NCBI GenBank assembly: GCA_013166775.1
Contig: JABLTJ010000027.1
Span: 1-64,000 of the forward strand
DNA from: Promethearchaeati archaeon
Lineage (GTDB): Archaea; Asgardarchaeota; Heimdallarchaeia; Heimdallarchaeales; Heimdallarchaeaceae
Length of the DNA: 64,000 bases
Direction: 5' to 3'
The notes beneath the pieces are model-generated. The model made no database searches. It saw only the letters and a list, made by a program, of their open reading frames with translations, and had not been told where the DNA came from. The first letter of the stretch is position 1; every line of letters starts with the position of its first letter. This document shows, one piece after another, positions 30,700-41,025 of this stretch. A program made the translations under genes and the position numbers.

Positions 30700-31719
30700 C
30701 TAAACACTAAAACCTAAGATATATCTTATCAGTCGTTCAATTCCTATTCCTAATCCAGCTGATCTTTTTCCATCATTTTCCATCATGTCTAAATACCATT
30801 TGTATTCAGAGATATTTTTTCCAGATAACTTCAAATGCTCGATTATTTTATTAACTTTAATTTCTCTTTCTCCACCACTTGAAGCTTCTCCAAATCCTTC
30901 TGGGTAGATTAGATTCATTGATAATAGATTACCTGGTTTATTGGGATCTTCTCTGTAATAAAAACCTCTCGAGCCTACTGGATAGTCTACAATCCAGAAT
31001 GGTTTCTTTGCTTGTTTAGATAATTCTTCTTCAACTTCCAATGGTACTGTTTCCCCATAAATTAATGGATAATCCAAAGATGCTGCTACTTCAAAAAGCT
31101 TTGAATAAGTCATTCTTGGGAAAGGAGTTGTAGGGACATTAAACTCTCGTTCTAGTTGTTCGAGTATCCGTGCGTTAATCAATTTCACATTTTGAAATAA
31201 TCTCTCTAGAAAGACTTCCGTCTTTCTCATTACATCATAAATAGTCTTCTCTCTCATTTCTAAATCTAGCTGGTACAATTCACATAAATGACTCGAAGTG
31301 CTAGTTTTAGATAAAGGTTCCAATCTTATGTTTGGTGAAAGAGTATACACTCTATCAAAAGTACGGATTAATGCTTGCTTATAGATAAGCATGTTACTTG
31401 TCAACCAATTAGGAGCACCATAATAATCATTTGAGACTCTACCAGATCTTCTATCAAATGGATCTCTTGATGGTTTAATCACAGGAGCTAAAACTTCGAT
31501 GAAGTTTAAATCATCCAATATTCTTCTACTCTGATTGAGTACTACATGCTGAACAGAGAGAGCTGCTTTTATTTCATCTGTTATTGTTTCTATATATCTT
31601 GGAATTTCTTCTTTCTCTTTATCCAACACAATCATTATTATTCCTCCGTATGTAATCCAATTATTTCCCTCGGATACATATAAAGTATATTTCTCAGTGA
31701 GAGAATATTCTTCGAACAA
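30700..31719 (-). CDS. asnA: Archaeal-type asparagine synthetase A (AsnRS catalytic-domain paralogue)
   Basis: SPNIRLE..HLCE..QLDLE, PEGFGEASSGGERE, SAGLGIGIERL; no anticodon-binding domain; start probably ~31635. Confidence 0.85.
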   Translation of the reverse strand: MFEEYSLTEKYTLYVSEGNNWITYGGIIMIVLDKEKEEIPRYIETITDEIKAALSVQHVVLNQSRRILDDLNFIEVLAPVIKPSRDPFDRRSGRVSNDYYGAPNWLTSNMLIYKQALIRTFDRVYTLSPNIRLEPLSKTSTSSHLCELYQLDLEMREKTIYDVMRKTEVFLERLFQNVKLINARILEQLEREFNVPTTPFPRMTYSKLFEVAASLDYPLIYGETVPLEVEEELSKQAKKPFWIVDYPVGSRGFYYREDPNKPGNLLSMNLIYPEGFGEASSGGEREIKVNKIIEHLKLSGKNISEYKWYLDMMENDGKRSAGLGIGIERLIRYILGFSV

Positions 31720-31775
31720 AGAACGAAAATGAAAAAACAGAAGAAAAAAAATAAAAAAAAAACTAGCTCAAAGAG

Positions 31776-33299
31776 CTAGATATTCTTTTTCATTTTAACA
31801 TACTTCAGTATTAAAATAAGAACTATTCCTACAACTTCGATTATTATCCATATTCCAATATAGAGTCCTTTTGATAAGTACCAAGTAGGCCTAGTCATTT
31901 CGATGAAATCAGCAGGTTCATTTGTTGTTACATAGCTTACCCCAAGAGCCCATGCTTGTTGGAAGCTTAGTTTCAAATCTACCGTATAGATGTTAACCAT
32001 TATTCCAGCTTCTATGTATTCCTTGAAAATCTTGTTCGATAAGCTATAATGTGTATTTATCATATCGTATCCTTTATCATCAAAATCTTCAGGAGTAGGA
32101 GGTTCATCTCCTATGTTTAGCATTGAATTTATCTCTGGAGCTAAAGATTCTACTTGATCTAATATTGCTTCATTCGGACTTTGAACCCAGATTTGATCAT
32201 CCATATCTGCTTCAATTAACACATCTAGAACAATATCTGAAAATTGATCAAAGTATGGATGATTGTCTGATATATATTTGAGTTCAACATTAAGAAGTAG
32301 GTTAGTATCATTAACATAATCCAACAGTTCTTCCAGTGTTGGAAGCATAGCGATTTCGTAGTCATCTAGTAAATCTGTTGGTATCTTTCCTTCATTTATA
32401 GTACCATACGGATCCGTTGTCGTAAACCATGCTCCTGCATTTAATGATGTTAGCTCTGCAATTGTGAAATTATCAGCAAGGTAATTTTCTCTACTTGGAA
32501 AGACTTCTTCTGCATCAGTTGTCCTCTCCAATGTGCTATCATGTAAGAGGAAAGGAATACCATCCAAACTCAACTGAACATCTATTTCCATTCCATCTGC
32601 TCCTATCTGATTGGCATAGACTGCTGCAATAACAGTATTTTCTGGTGTATAGTGTTGTCCTCCTCTATGAGCAATGATTCCTGGTTTAGCAGGAAGATCT
32701 CCACCTAATACATACACTGGCTGAAATATCATTGGAAATGCAAACAAGAATAGATAAATGATCATTAATCCTCCTAAAATAAGAGATTTTTCAACCTTAG
32801 GACTGAAGATTTTGCTTGTAGTTTTCTTCATTAATTTGCTAATCTGAGTTGATAGCGGATAAATGAAGATGATTATACAGATAATTAAGAATAGGTAGAG
32901 GTATACACTGTAATGTGCAAGCATATTCTTTATTAGAAAAGCTTCCTCTCCGAATGTTGAGATTAGATAATAGAACAGAAATATGAAAATTGCAAATACG
33001 ATAGGTGCTATAATTTTATTAGCTAGATGGGGTTTTGCTTCTTGTGTTTTTCCGATTTTTATACCATTGTTGATTACTAAATAAGCGCTATAGATTAGTG
33101 GGATAGCTATTATTCCTATTAGAAGTGCTACATAATTTATTGATGATCCGGTTAAATCTGCAAGAAAATCATTAAACTCTTCATGTAAAGGTCTCATCAT
33201 GAAGAAGAGCATTTCAAAGAAGAGTATGAATAGAAAAAACAAACTGAATAGACTTAACCATTTTTTACCTTTGAATTCTTCAAACATCTTTGAATCCAT
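31776..33299 (-). CDS. Membrane glycerophosphodiester phosphodiesterase (5+1 TM, GDE2/3/6-like)
   Basis: IAHRGG..PENT, EIDVQLSLDGIPFLLHDSTLERTT, LNAGAWF..DP. Confidence 0.9.
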   Translation of the reverse strand: MDSKMFEEFKGKKWLSLFSLFFLFILFFEMLFFMMRPLHEEFNDFLADLTGSSINYVALLIGIIAIPLIYSAYLVINNGIKIGKTQEAKPHLANKIIAPIVFAIFIFLFYYLISTFGEEAFLIKNMLAHYSVYLYLFLIICIIIFIYPLSTQISKLMKKTTSKIFSPKVEKSLILGGLMIIYLFLFAFPMIFQPVYVLGGDLPAKPGIIAHRGGQHYTPENTVIAAVYANQIGADGMEIDVQLSLDGIPFLLHDSTLERTTDAEEVFPSRENYLADNFTIAELTSLNAGAWFTTTDPYGTINEGKIPTDLLDDYEIAMLPTLEELLDYVNDTNLLLNVELKYISDNHPYFDQFSDIVLDVLIEADMDDQIWVQSPNEAILDQVESLAPEINSMLNIGDEPPTPEDFDDKGYDMINTHYSLSNKIFKEYIEAGIMVNIYTVDLKLSFQQAWALGVSYVTTNEPADFIEMTRPTWYLSKGLYIGIWIIIEVVGIVLILILKYVKMKKNI

Positions 33300-33410
33300 A
33301 ATATAAAAAATAGCTTCTATATAAAATTAATATTGAGAAAAACTAAACTTTAAAACTGAAAAAAATAGTTTTTAAGTATAGTTGAAGAGATAAAGGAATT
33401 GACAATTTAA

Positions 33411-34673
33411 ATGACAAACCTGAATGAACCAGATAATGTATATGCAACTGAAAGTAGAAAAAACTTACCAATCATAATTATAGGTATTCTAGGTTTGTTT
33501 ACAATTGCTTCAGTAGGTATGCTACACACAAATGAAAAGGAATTCATCGAGGTTTTTCTACCATTAGCTTCCAATTTTCAAATCTCTCTCTATGATACAG
33601 TTTTATACATTTCTTATCTTATCTTTGGAATAATCACTGGAGTAATTTCCGATAGATTGGGAAAACGTAAAGTGTTTATTCTCGTTGGAAGTGCTGGTTC
33701 AGCTTTATTCTCTTGGTTACTAACCATTTCTCCCAGTTTTGCTAGCTTACTTGTCTTTAGATTTCTGCAGGGAACCTTCACTGTTTTGGTTTGGCAAATT
33801 TTCATGACTTTAGTATTAGATGTTTCTTCTCCAACTACACGAGGAAAGAATATGGGGATTTTTGGAACCTTTCTAGCTATATCAATGGGATTAAGTCCAC
33901 TGGTTGGAGGTTTTCTAGCTGATGTTGGAGTGTTTATGCCCTATTATGTGGCTGTAGGCTTTAGTGGAGCTGTGCTCATTCTTTCAATTTTCCTGATAAA
34001 AGAACCAGAAAATATCAGTAAAAGACCATCGTTAAAACAAAACTTCTCAGCTGCTGTAAATAATTCCAAACTAATTATTCCTGCAAGTTACAACTTCATC
34101 GATCGATTTCATATGGGGTTCATTCTCTTTGCGCTTCCACTGCTAATCCTAGATGTGTTGGATTTAGGTCCTAGCATGAGAGGAATAGCTTTAGCTATTT
34201 TTGGTTTACCTTTCATACTTTTACAATATCCTTTCGGTAAATTGAGTGATAAATATGGAAGATATATTTTTCTTATTACAGGTAGCATAGGTTATGGAAT
34301 TGTTCTAAGTTTGGTTGGTTTTCTAGGTTCTATCAGCTTTGCTTATCTTGTTTCAGCTCTCGTTTTCTTGGGAATTCTTTCTGGAATTACAAATCCAGCA
34401 AATATGGCTCTTGTTGCTGATTATGTTAAAAAAGAAGATCGTGCAATGGGGATGGGATTTTATAATTTTGCAGGAAATTTAGGTATTGTTTTGGGACCTG
34501 TAATCGGAGGAATTTTGTTGATAAATTCCAGCTACGTTGTGGCTTTCATCTGGATGGGAGTAATTGAATTTCTTGGAGTATTAATTAATACACTTCTGCT
34601 TAGATTTATGTTTAAGCAAAAGAAAGTATTCTCAAGGACAGAATATGTAACATTCATTGGTTCAGATGAATAA
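33411..34673 (+). CDS. MFS transporter
   Basis: GVISDRLGKRK and GKLSDKYGR motifs, ~12 TM. Confidence 0.92.
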   Translation: MTNLNEPDNVYATESRKNLPIIIIGILGLFTIASVGMLHTNEKEFIEVFLPLASNFQISLYDTVLYISYLIFGIITGVISDRLGKRKVFILVGSAGSALFSWLLTISPSFASLLVFRFLQGTFTVLVWQIFMTLVLDVSSPTTRGKNMGIFGTFLAISMGLSPLVGGFLADVGVFMPYYVAVGFSGAVLILSIFLIKEPENISKRPSLKQNFSAAVNNSKLIIPASYNFIDRFHMGFILFALPLLILDVLDLGPSMRGIALAIFGLPFILLQYPFGKLSDKYGRYIFLITGSIGYGIVLSLVGFLGSISFAYLVSALVFLGILSGITNPANMALVADYVKKEDRAMGMGFYNFAGNLGIVLGPVIGGILLINSSYVVAFIWMGVIEFLGVLINTLLLRFMFKQKKVFSRTEYVTFIGSDE

Positions 34674-34676
34674 ATC

Positions 34677-35759
34677 TCATGGTAAGTTCTTACTTGATAA
34701 ATACTGATTGAGTTTTTCCAGAGTAATATGAGCTTCTATGCTTTCTCTAAAAAACTTGAAGCCTAATCTATCGTTAATTGATAGCATAGCTGCATTAGTA
34801 GTTGCATTATCTGTACGAATTGTAGTTACTTCAGGGAAATCCTCTTTTATTTTGAGCAACATTTCTGCTTTCAACCATTTTCCCAATCCTCTTCCTCTAT
34901 ATTCTTGTTTCACTCCAGTTAGTTCTTGTGTTATTAGTGTTCTGAAATCTGGACCATAAATCATCTCTGTTAAACCGGAAATCTTTTCATCCCCCTCAAT
35001 TGTTAGAAAAACTATCCACAGTGCCCCAGTTTCTGTAAAAGCTCTTAATCGATGTCTAAAATATTCTGGAGTAAATATGATTGCTACCTCATCCAGATCT
35101 TCCCAAGGTTGCTGATTATAGATCTCAGTATATACTTTACTAAACTGCTCAATAATATCTTCAGGAATGGAATCAAGCTTAACTAACGACGTTTGAGGAG
35201 AGTGTTCTTGTCCTTCATTCATCCATTGTTCAACCATTGACCAATTTACATCTTTTAGCTGTAATCTATTTTCAATGCCAATTTCTAATTCTGCACTTAA
35301 AGCTTGTAAGAAAGCTTTACCAGTTTGATAATTTGTATCAGTAGCTAAGAGTGTTCTTTCATACTCCAAAGCTACATCACGAACTTTAGCTAAGGCTAAT
35401 GTACCTATGCCTTTACGATGGTATCCCTCCAAGATATTGATATAAAACTCCATGTAGTTTGGATTTTCTTTGTAAGTTTCAGAATTTTTACTTAGAATTG
35501 TACACAGAATATCTCCGATTTGTTTTTGAGCAATTGTGTCCATAATAGAGAAATAAACTGGATCTATTTGCGGATGTTCCATGAATAACTGCAAACTTTT
35601 TTCTATGGTTTCATGAGATGTAGTGAATGGACTATCTGGAAAACGTTGATTATGCAAAGTAGCATGATATTCATGGTATAAATTCCAGGTTTCTCTAGAA
35701 TTGCTCAAAGGATCAAATGGAATTATTTTTACATAATCTTTACTGAACTCTTTGTTCAT
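34677..35759 (-). CDS. Tandem GNAT acetyltransferase
   Basis: YHRKGIGT and TGVKQEYRGRGLGKWLKA..TDNA..NAAML.IN.RLGF. Confidence 0.9.
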   Translation of the reverse strand: MNKEFSKDYVKIIPFDPLSNSRETWNLYHEYHATLHNQRFPDSPFTTSHETIEKSLQLFMEHPQIDPVYFSIMDTIAQKQIGDILCTILSKNSETYKENPNYMEFYINILEGYHRKGIGTLALAKVRDVALEYERTLLATDTNYQTGKAFLQALSAELEIGIENRLQLKDVNWSMVEQWMNEGQEHSPQTSLVKLDSIPEDIIEQFSKVYTEIYNQQPWEDLDEVAIIFTPEYFRHRLRAFTETGALWIVFLTIEGDEKISGLTEMIYGPDFRTLITQELTGVKQEYRGRGLGKWLKAEMLLKIKEDFPEVTTIRTDNATTNAAMLSINDRLGFKFFRESIEAHITLEKLNQYLSSKNLP

Positions 35760-35843
35760 CTAATCCACTTCTTTCAGCGAATAGGATTTGAAGCCTTAAT
35801 ATACTTCATGTTTTATGAAAGAAATATTAATGGAGTATTGCTA

Positions 35844-36257
35844 TTATTCAATTTTGTTACCACAATTCATGCAGAAAATTATATCTTTTTCAAGCATGAT
35901 TCCACAATAATCACAAAATTCAGCTTTACCAGTAATAGAATTGATCAACTTTTTGGAAGGTTTAAAATCGCTCCCCACTTGCCTTATAACTGGTTTTTCA
36001 AATGTTTCATAATTCTCACTCTCTCTAAGTCCATAAGTACTTGAAGGTCTTCGATTTATTCTTGTTCTTGGTATCAATAATATACCAGATAAAGCTAAAA
36101 CTACTAAACCACCAGCAATAGCTATGAATATCCAAATTGAAGATTCATTGAAATTTAAGAAACCTTGATAAAATCCTATAGCGAACACTAATCCTAATAA
36201 TAACAATAGTCCACCAACTATTCCTTTTGTTATGTAGGTATTTCTATTTCTGTTCAT
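35844..36257 (-). CDS. 2-TM protein with C-terminal double zinc ribbon
   Basis: FCDYCG..FCMNCG; same architecture as 52103-52588. Confidence 0.8.
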   Translation of the reverse strand: MNRNRNTYITKGIVGGLLLLLGLVFAIGFYQGFLNFNESSIWIFIAIAGGLVVLALSGILLIPRTRINRRPSSTYGLRESENYETFEKPVIRQVGSDFKPSKKLINSITGKAEFCDYCGIMLEKDIIFCMNCGNKIE

Positions 36258-36334
36258 TTCAATCTAGATTATGCAAAGACACTAATAAAATAAACTAAAT
36301 GAAAGAAATAGAATTCAGGTGAATTTTCTATTTA

Positions 36335-37216
36335 TTACTGAGATTTAAGTCCTTTATCTATTAGCTCAATAATCTGTTTATATTCTGATTCATCTTCTGG
36401 TTTAATTATCGGATTCTTGATATCTGTTTTAGCTTTCAAGAAGAATTTTTTAGCTTCTTCCTCCTCTCCATCTTTTTTCAGATTTTTTGCTATATTTACC
36501 AATCCCCATCTATACATGAGTGCATGAGTATCTGTAAATCCTGTGAAATCCACATCAAGAGCCTTGAAACGCTTGATATACTCTATTGATTCATCAATGA
36601 ATTTAGTATCTTCCAGAACTATTTCATGAGCAAGGATCATCTTGTTGAATTCAATCTCCTTGTATTTCTGCAAAGTTTCAATAAATATATCTAGTTGATA
36701 CCAGTTTATTGAAGGAAGAGGACTGACAAGACTGTCACCCACCAAAAGAATTTTATCAAGTCTATCATAGCAACTTGCTGAGTCTTCAGTGTGTCCAGGA
36801 GTATGAAAGAATTCTATATCTTCAGTTTCAAAAACCAATTTCTTGCTAAAAGTCAGATTGGGGAATATTAAATTCTCAGCAGCTATTTTGTAATCTCCAT
36901 ATTTATTTAGAAGATCAAAAGTATTTTGAAAACCTTCTAAGCTTAACTCTTGACCGATAATGAGCCGTGAATCTATAACTCCATTACCTGCAATATGATC
37001 AAGATGACTGTGAGTATTGAAAATAATAACTGGTTTTGTAAGTAGATTATTTTCTTTGAGATATTTCTTAACATCTTCCATTTGATTTTCTAAAACTACG
37101 CCAGAATCAATAATAAACAGGTAATTGGGTGTATTGATACAATATATCTGGACAGAGAAAGGTTTACTTGGAAGATTAAACAGTATCCCACGCGAGCCCA
37201 TTTTTTTAACTTGCAT
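36335..37216 (-). CDS. MBL-fold metallo-hydrolase
   Basis: NTHSHLDHIAGN, TPGHTEDS, LVGD. Confidence 0.9.
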   Translation of the reverse strand: MQVKKMGSRGILFNLPSKPFSVQIYCINTPNYLFIIDSGVVLENQMEDVKKYLKENNLLTKPVIIFNTHSHLDHIAGNGVIDSRLIIGQELSLEGFQNTFDLLNKYGDYKIAAENLIFPNLTFSKKLVFETEDIEFFHTPGHTEDSASCYDRLDKILLVGDSLVSPLPSINWYQLDIFIETLQKYKEIEFNKMILAHEIVLEDTKFIDESIEYIKRFKALDVDFTGFTDTHALMYRWGLVNIAKNLKKDGEEEEAKKFFLKAKTDIKNPIIKPEDESEYKQIIELIDKGLKSQ

Positions 37217-37262
37217 GAGTTAGTTTTATATTATACACTTATATTGTTTTACAGAAGCTTTT

Positions 37263-38117
37263 TTGTTTGATTTGAGGTCATTTTTTCTTTTAAGCACAAG
37301 TTTTTATGGTTTAAGCGGTAAATATCATGATTCACATGAAAACAAAAAATTAGTCAGTGGATCGTGTTTATTGCTAATTACTATCATATGCATATCTCTC
37401 AATGTTTCAGCAGTTAAACCTATTTCTCCACCTGAAATTGAGCTATTAGTTCCAGATACTGGTATAGTTGGAGATACACAGCGTATTGTTGATGAATTTA
37501 TTAGAGATGCAGCTCTTTGTGGTATTAAGATTGTTCCAACCTATACTACATGGGGAGATGCTATAAACCGAATGTTAGCAGGTGACTTCGATATTCTCCA
37601 TTTCGCTGGACTTGTTGGTGCTTTCGAGGATTCCTTTACTTATATCTATGAAACCCTTTGTTTTCATTTCGTCTGGAATGATTTCTGGAACTATACTAGT
37701 ATGGAATTTATTGATAAAATTGAGTTAATGTACTCTTTATACTTAGGCGGTTTTATTGATGATGCCATAGAAATATTCCATGAAATTGAATTAGTAATAT
37801 ATGAAGATCAACCCTTTGCACCCATTTGCTATGAATTGCGAGATGATGGCCAAATCTATACTCGTTATCTTTTCATTAATTGTGATGAAGCAGGGCCTTT
37901 AGGGGACGCTACAATTCGAGTTGCTCTTTCATATTTAATTGATAGAGTATTATATATAGAACTATATGGAGATTATTCTATAGGGTACCCAATAGCTATT
38001 GATCATCTATTTGAATGGTCACAATATCATGATACATCACTACCTGCAATAAAACACTCGATAGGAAAAGCAGCAAGTACACTTGCTAAAGGAGGATATC
38101 TTCCAGCAAAAGTTTAA
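37263..38117 (+). CDS. Family-5 solute-binding-protein-like, truncated and circularly permuted; probable start ATG 37336 is out of frame
   Basis: GIKI..W...GDFDI..EDQPFAP precedes YLFIN..P..D..IRVALSYLIDR..KA..L..GGY. Confidence 0.7.
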   Translation: MFDLRSFFLLSTSFYGLSGKYHDSHENKKLVSGSCLLLITIICISLNVSAVKPISPPEIELLVPDTGIVGDTQRIVDEFIRDAALCGIKIVPTYTTWGDAINRMLAGDFDILHFAGLVGAFEDSFTYIYETLCFHFVWNDFWNYTSMEFIDKIELMYSLYLGGFIDDAIEIFHEIELVIYEDQPFAPICYELRDDGQIYTRYLFINCDEAGPLGDATIRVALSYLIDRVLYIELYGDYSIGYPIAIDHLFEWSQYHDTSLPAIKHSIGKAASTLAKGGYLPAKV

Positions 38118-38323
38118 TTTTTTTTTCTTTTTTCTTTTTTAACACTTAGGTTTGATAAACAAAGGAAATCTTGCTGTATTTGTTACTTCCTTTAATTCGA
38201 ATAGTTCATTGTACTCTTCACTCTCTTCTAGTTCCCATAATTCAATTAACTGAAAAAATTCGATTTTGATCAATTTCCTAAAATCACATATGTATATAAA
38301 TGTTCAAAAGGGATATTGAAAGG

Positions 38324-39501
38324 ATGGCTAACTTCAAGATCCTTGTTTAGTTTTACTATTAATACTTGGTTTTTCCCCCATAAATCCTGTTTTATCCAAT
38401 GATAGTTTTTATCCTACTGAAGAATGGCGATTTTCTTCTCTTGAGGAACAAAATTTAGATCAAAATCGGATAGAAGACATGCTAAATTGGATTGATCAAA
38501 ATAATTATCAAGACTACTATTCTCCAAGAATAGATTCACTGTTATTAGTAAGGAATGGCTTTATTGTTCTTGAAGAATACTTCAATTTCTTTAATGAAAA
38601 TATGACACATCGATTATATTCTGTAACTAAAAGCATTACCTCTGCTCTTGTTGGTATAGCTATTAGAGAGGGATTTATTGAAAGTATAAACCAACCAATC
38701 CTAGATTTCTTTCCAGAGGTAATTACACCAGAAATGAACCCAGAAAAATACAACATCACTGTAGAGCATCTGTTAACAATGACAGCTGGTCTTTTTTGGT
38801 CGGATGACTTTGAGATGATGCCTATTATGGTCTCGCAAAGCAATCCCTATTTGTATGTTTTAGGTCAAAACCTGATTCATAAACCAGGAGATGTTTTTCA
38901 ATATAGTTCAGGATTAACTCATGTACTAGCTGGAATAATCCATCGATCAACAGGCATGTTTCTATCAACTTTTGCTGAGGAATATTTGTTCAATTTTATT
39001 GGTATAGATGATTATATATGGGAAACAGATGCGACAGGAAATAGTTTAGGTGGAAGTGCTATATTCTTAGAACCCAGAGATATGGCTAAATTTGGATATT
39101 TATACCTCCAAAAAGGTAATTGGGATGGAAAACAATTAGTACCTGAGGAATGGGTAGAGAATTCCACCAGATTACATATAGATCTTGAAGGTTTTTTTCA
39201 AGAACTTGATTATGGTTGGTTATGGTGGATGATCCCAACTTCAGATAGAATAGCTTATACAGCAATGGGTCACAGAGGACAGTTCATAACTATCTTACCA
39301 GATGATAATGCAGTTTTAGTTTTTACAGGAGATTTTACTGAAAGTTATTCATATATCTTCGAGTTGATGTATGACTATATTTTTCCTCTCCTTGATAAAG
39401 CGTTAGAGACTAAATTTCCATTTAATATTGTTAGCCTTGTTAGTTTACTAGAAGTTGCTTTAATTATAATTTGGAGAAGAAAAAAGAATCGAACCATGTA
39501 A
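38324..39501 (+). CDS. Serine hydrolase, class C beta-lactamase family, TM-anchored (signal peptide disconnected by frameshift near 38348)
   Basis: SVTK, YSS, GHRGQ; intact ORF 38479-39501; frame extends upstream through LVLLLILGFSPINPVLS-NDSFYPTEEW. Confidence 0.85.
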
Positions 39502-39545
39502 ATAAATTTCACGATAGTTTTTAATTTATTACACTTCTGGAAGAT

Positions 39546-40016
39546 TCATATCTCATCATAACATTCAGATGCTGGCGAATAAATTTGCATTATTTTGTTT
39601 AAATTCGTCAGTTTTGAGAAACCTAATTTTTCATATAAACCATGAGCATCTTTTGTATGAAGTAACCAAAGACGAAGATTCTGCAGTTCTGGATGATTCT
39701 TGATACACTCCAGTAACCATTTTCCTAATCCTTTACCACGAAATTTCTTTTCAACATAAACATCTGCTAAATATGCAAAAGTTGCTTTATCTGTGATTAG
39801 TTTTGCATAACCTATGAATCTCTCTCGAGGTGAAATCAGAGAAAAGTTTAATGAATTCGTAATTCCTTTCTCAACGATTTCCTTGGGTATATTTAGAGCC
39901 CAATAAGATTCTTTTGAAAGAAAACTATGTAAAACATCAATATCAATTTTTTGAGGATCTGTTGTTACAATAAATCCCCCTTCCTTTACCCATTGATGAT
40001 TTTTCATGAAATTCAA
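39546..40016 (-). CDS. GNAT acetyltransferase
   Basis: ESYWA, TDKATFAYLADVYV..FRGKGLGKWL, TKDAHGLYEKLGF. Confidence 0.93.
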   Translation of the reverse strand: MNFMKNHQWVKEGGFIVTTDPQKIDIDVLHSFLSKESYWALNIPKEIVEKGITNSLNFSLISPRERFIGYAKLITDKATFAYLADVYVEKKFRGKGLGKWLLECIKNHPELQNLRLWLLHTKDAHGLYEKLGFSKLTNLNKIMQIYSPASECYDEI

Positions 40017-40470
40017 AATTCTGAAATATTAAAAAACATTATTAAGGAACCTTATTTTGAAATAAAATTGTTAAATAAATAGATTCATTCGTCTTAATTT
40101 TTTTCTCTTCTTTTATGTAGTAGAAGAACATTCCTAGTCCTCTATAAAATAGGAATTCCTTAAAAAATGGAATTTTCGTGATTTCAAACAATTGATAGAC
40201 CTTCTAATCTTCTGAGAAAAGATTATGGCTGTGCTATTTCAGGGCATGCTCTTGTTGTCATTCACAAAGATAAAATTCTACTCAATCATTACAAAAAATT
40301 AGCTTGAGACACATATTTTCTCAAAGATTAATTTGTGATTAGATAAGAATGTTAGATTAAAGCTAGGGAGTTTTAAAGTGAATTATAGCTTTTTATGTCA
40401 CAACTTGTGACCTCATTGTGTGAGCAAGTTATTTTTAAAGGAGGAGCTATGTCTGATTAGGTGCAAAAAA

Positions 40471-40593
40471 ATGGCTGAAAAAATTAAACGAGAAAAAACT
40501 GAAAATCAAAGTGAATGGAATTATCAAAAACTATCTGGAAAGGTTGATAAAAAGAATATTGGATACTGCTATGGACAAATCTTTACCTACTAA
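40471..40593 (+). CDS. Possible 40-aa small ORF
   Basis: MAEKIKREKTENQSEWNYQKLSGKVDKKNIGYCYGQIFTY; AGGTG SD-like motif upstream. Confidence 0.35.
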   Translation: MAEKIKREKTENQSEWNYQKLSGKVDKKNIGYCYGQIFTY

Positions 40594-40626
40594 CCTTTCT
40601 AAAACTGTTTTTATTCTTCTACTATT

Positions 40627-41025
40627 CTAAATTTCTGAATTTGTTTCTAAATTTTGCATAAACAAAAACGTCCCTACTCCTTGTATTGTATAGCCCAAGA
40701 TTATTAGAAAGTTAAAGATTGTGTGCCCAGCATGTCTTGAAATCAGAAAGAAATCTCCTTGTATTATCATTCCAATTATTATCACTATTGAATAAAGCAC
40801 AGCAGAAATAAACATTACAAGGAAAGTATAGCTACTAAGTTTGGGTACCTTTTCCTCTTTCATAAAAACTATAGTATAGAATAGAATTGCGAAGAATTGT
40901 ATAAGAGGTCCTACTGTCAACAGACCCATATGTAAATCACCTGATGTAAAACCAATCCCTATGTATATTCCACCTTGAATTATACCAAGTATAGATCCAA
41001 TGATGCTTATAATCTTCAGCTTTTT
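40627..41025 (-). pseudogene. 5'-truncated multi-TM membrane protein
   Basis: Frame stays open, with another TM (IISIIGSILGIIQGGIYIGIGF), for 32 codons upstream of ATG 40929, right up to the TAG of the upstream gene. Confidence 0.6.
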
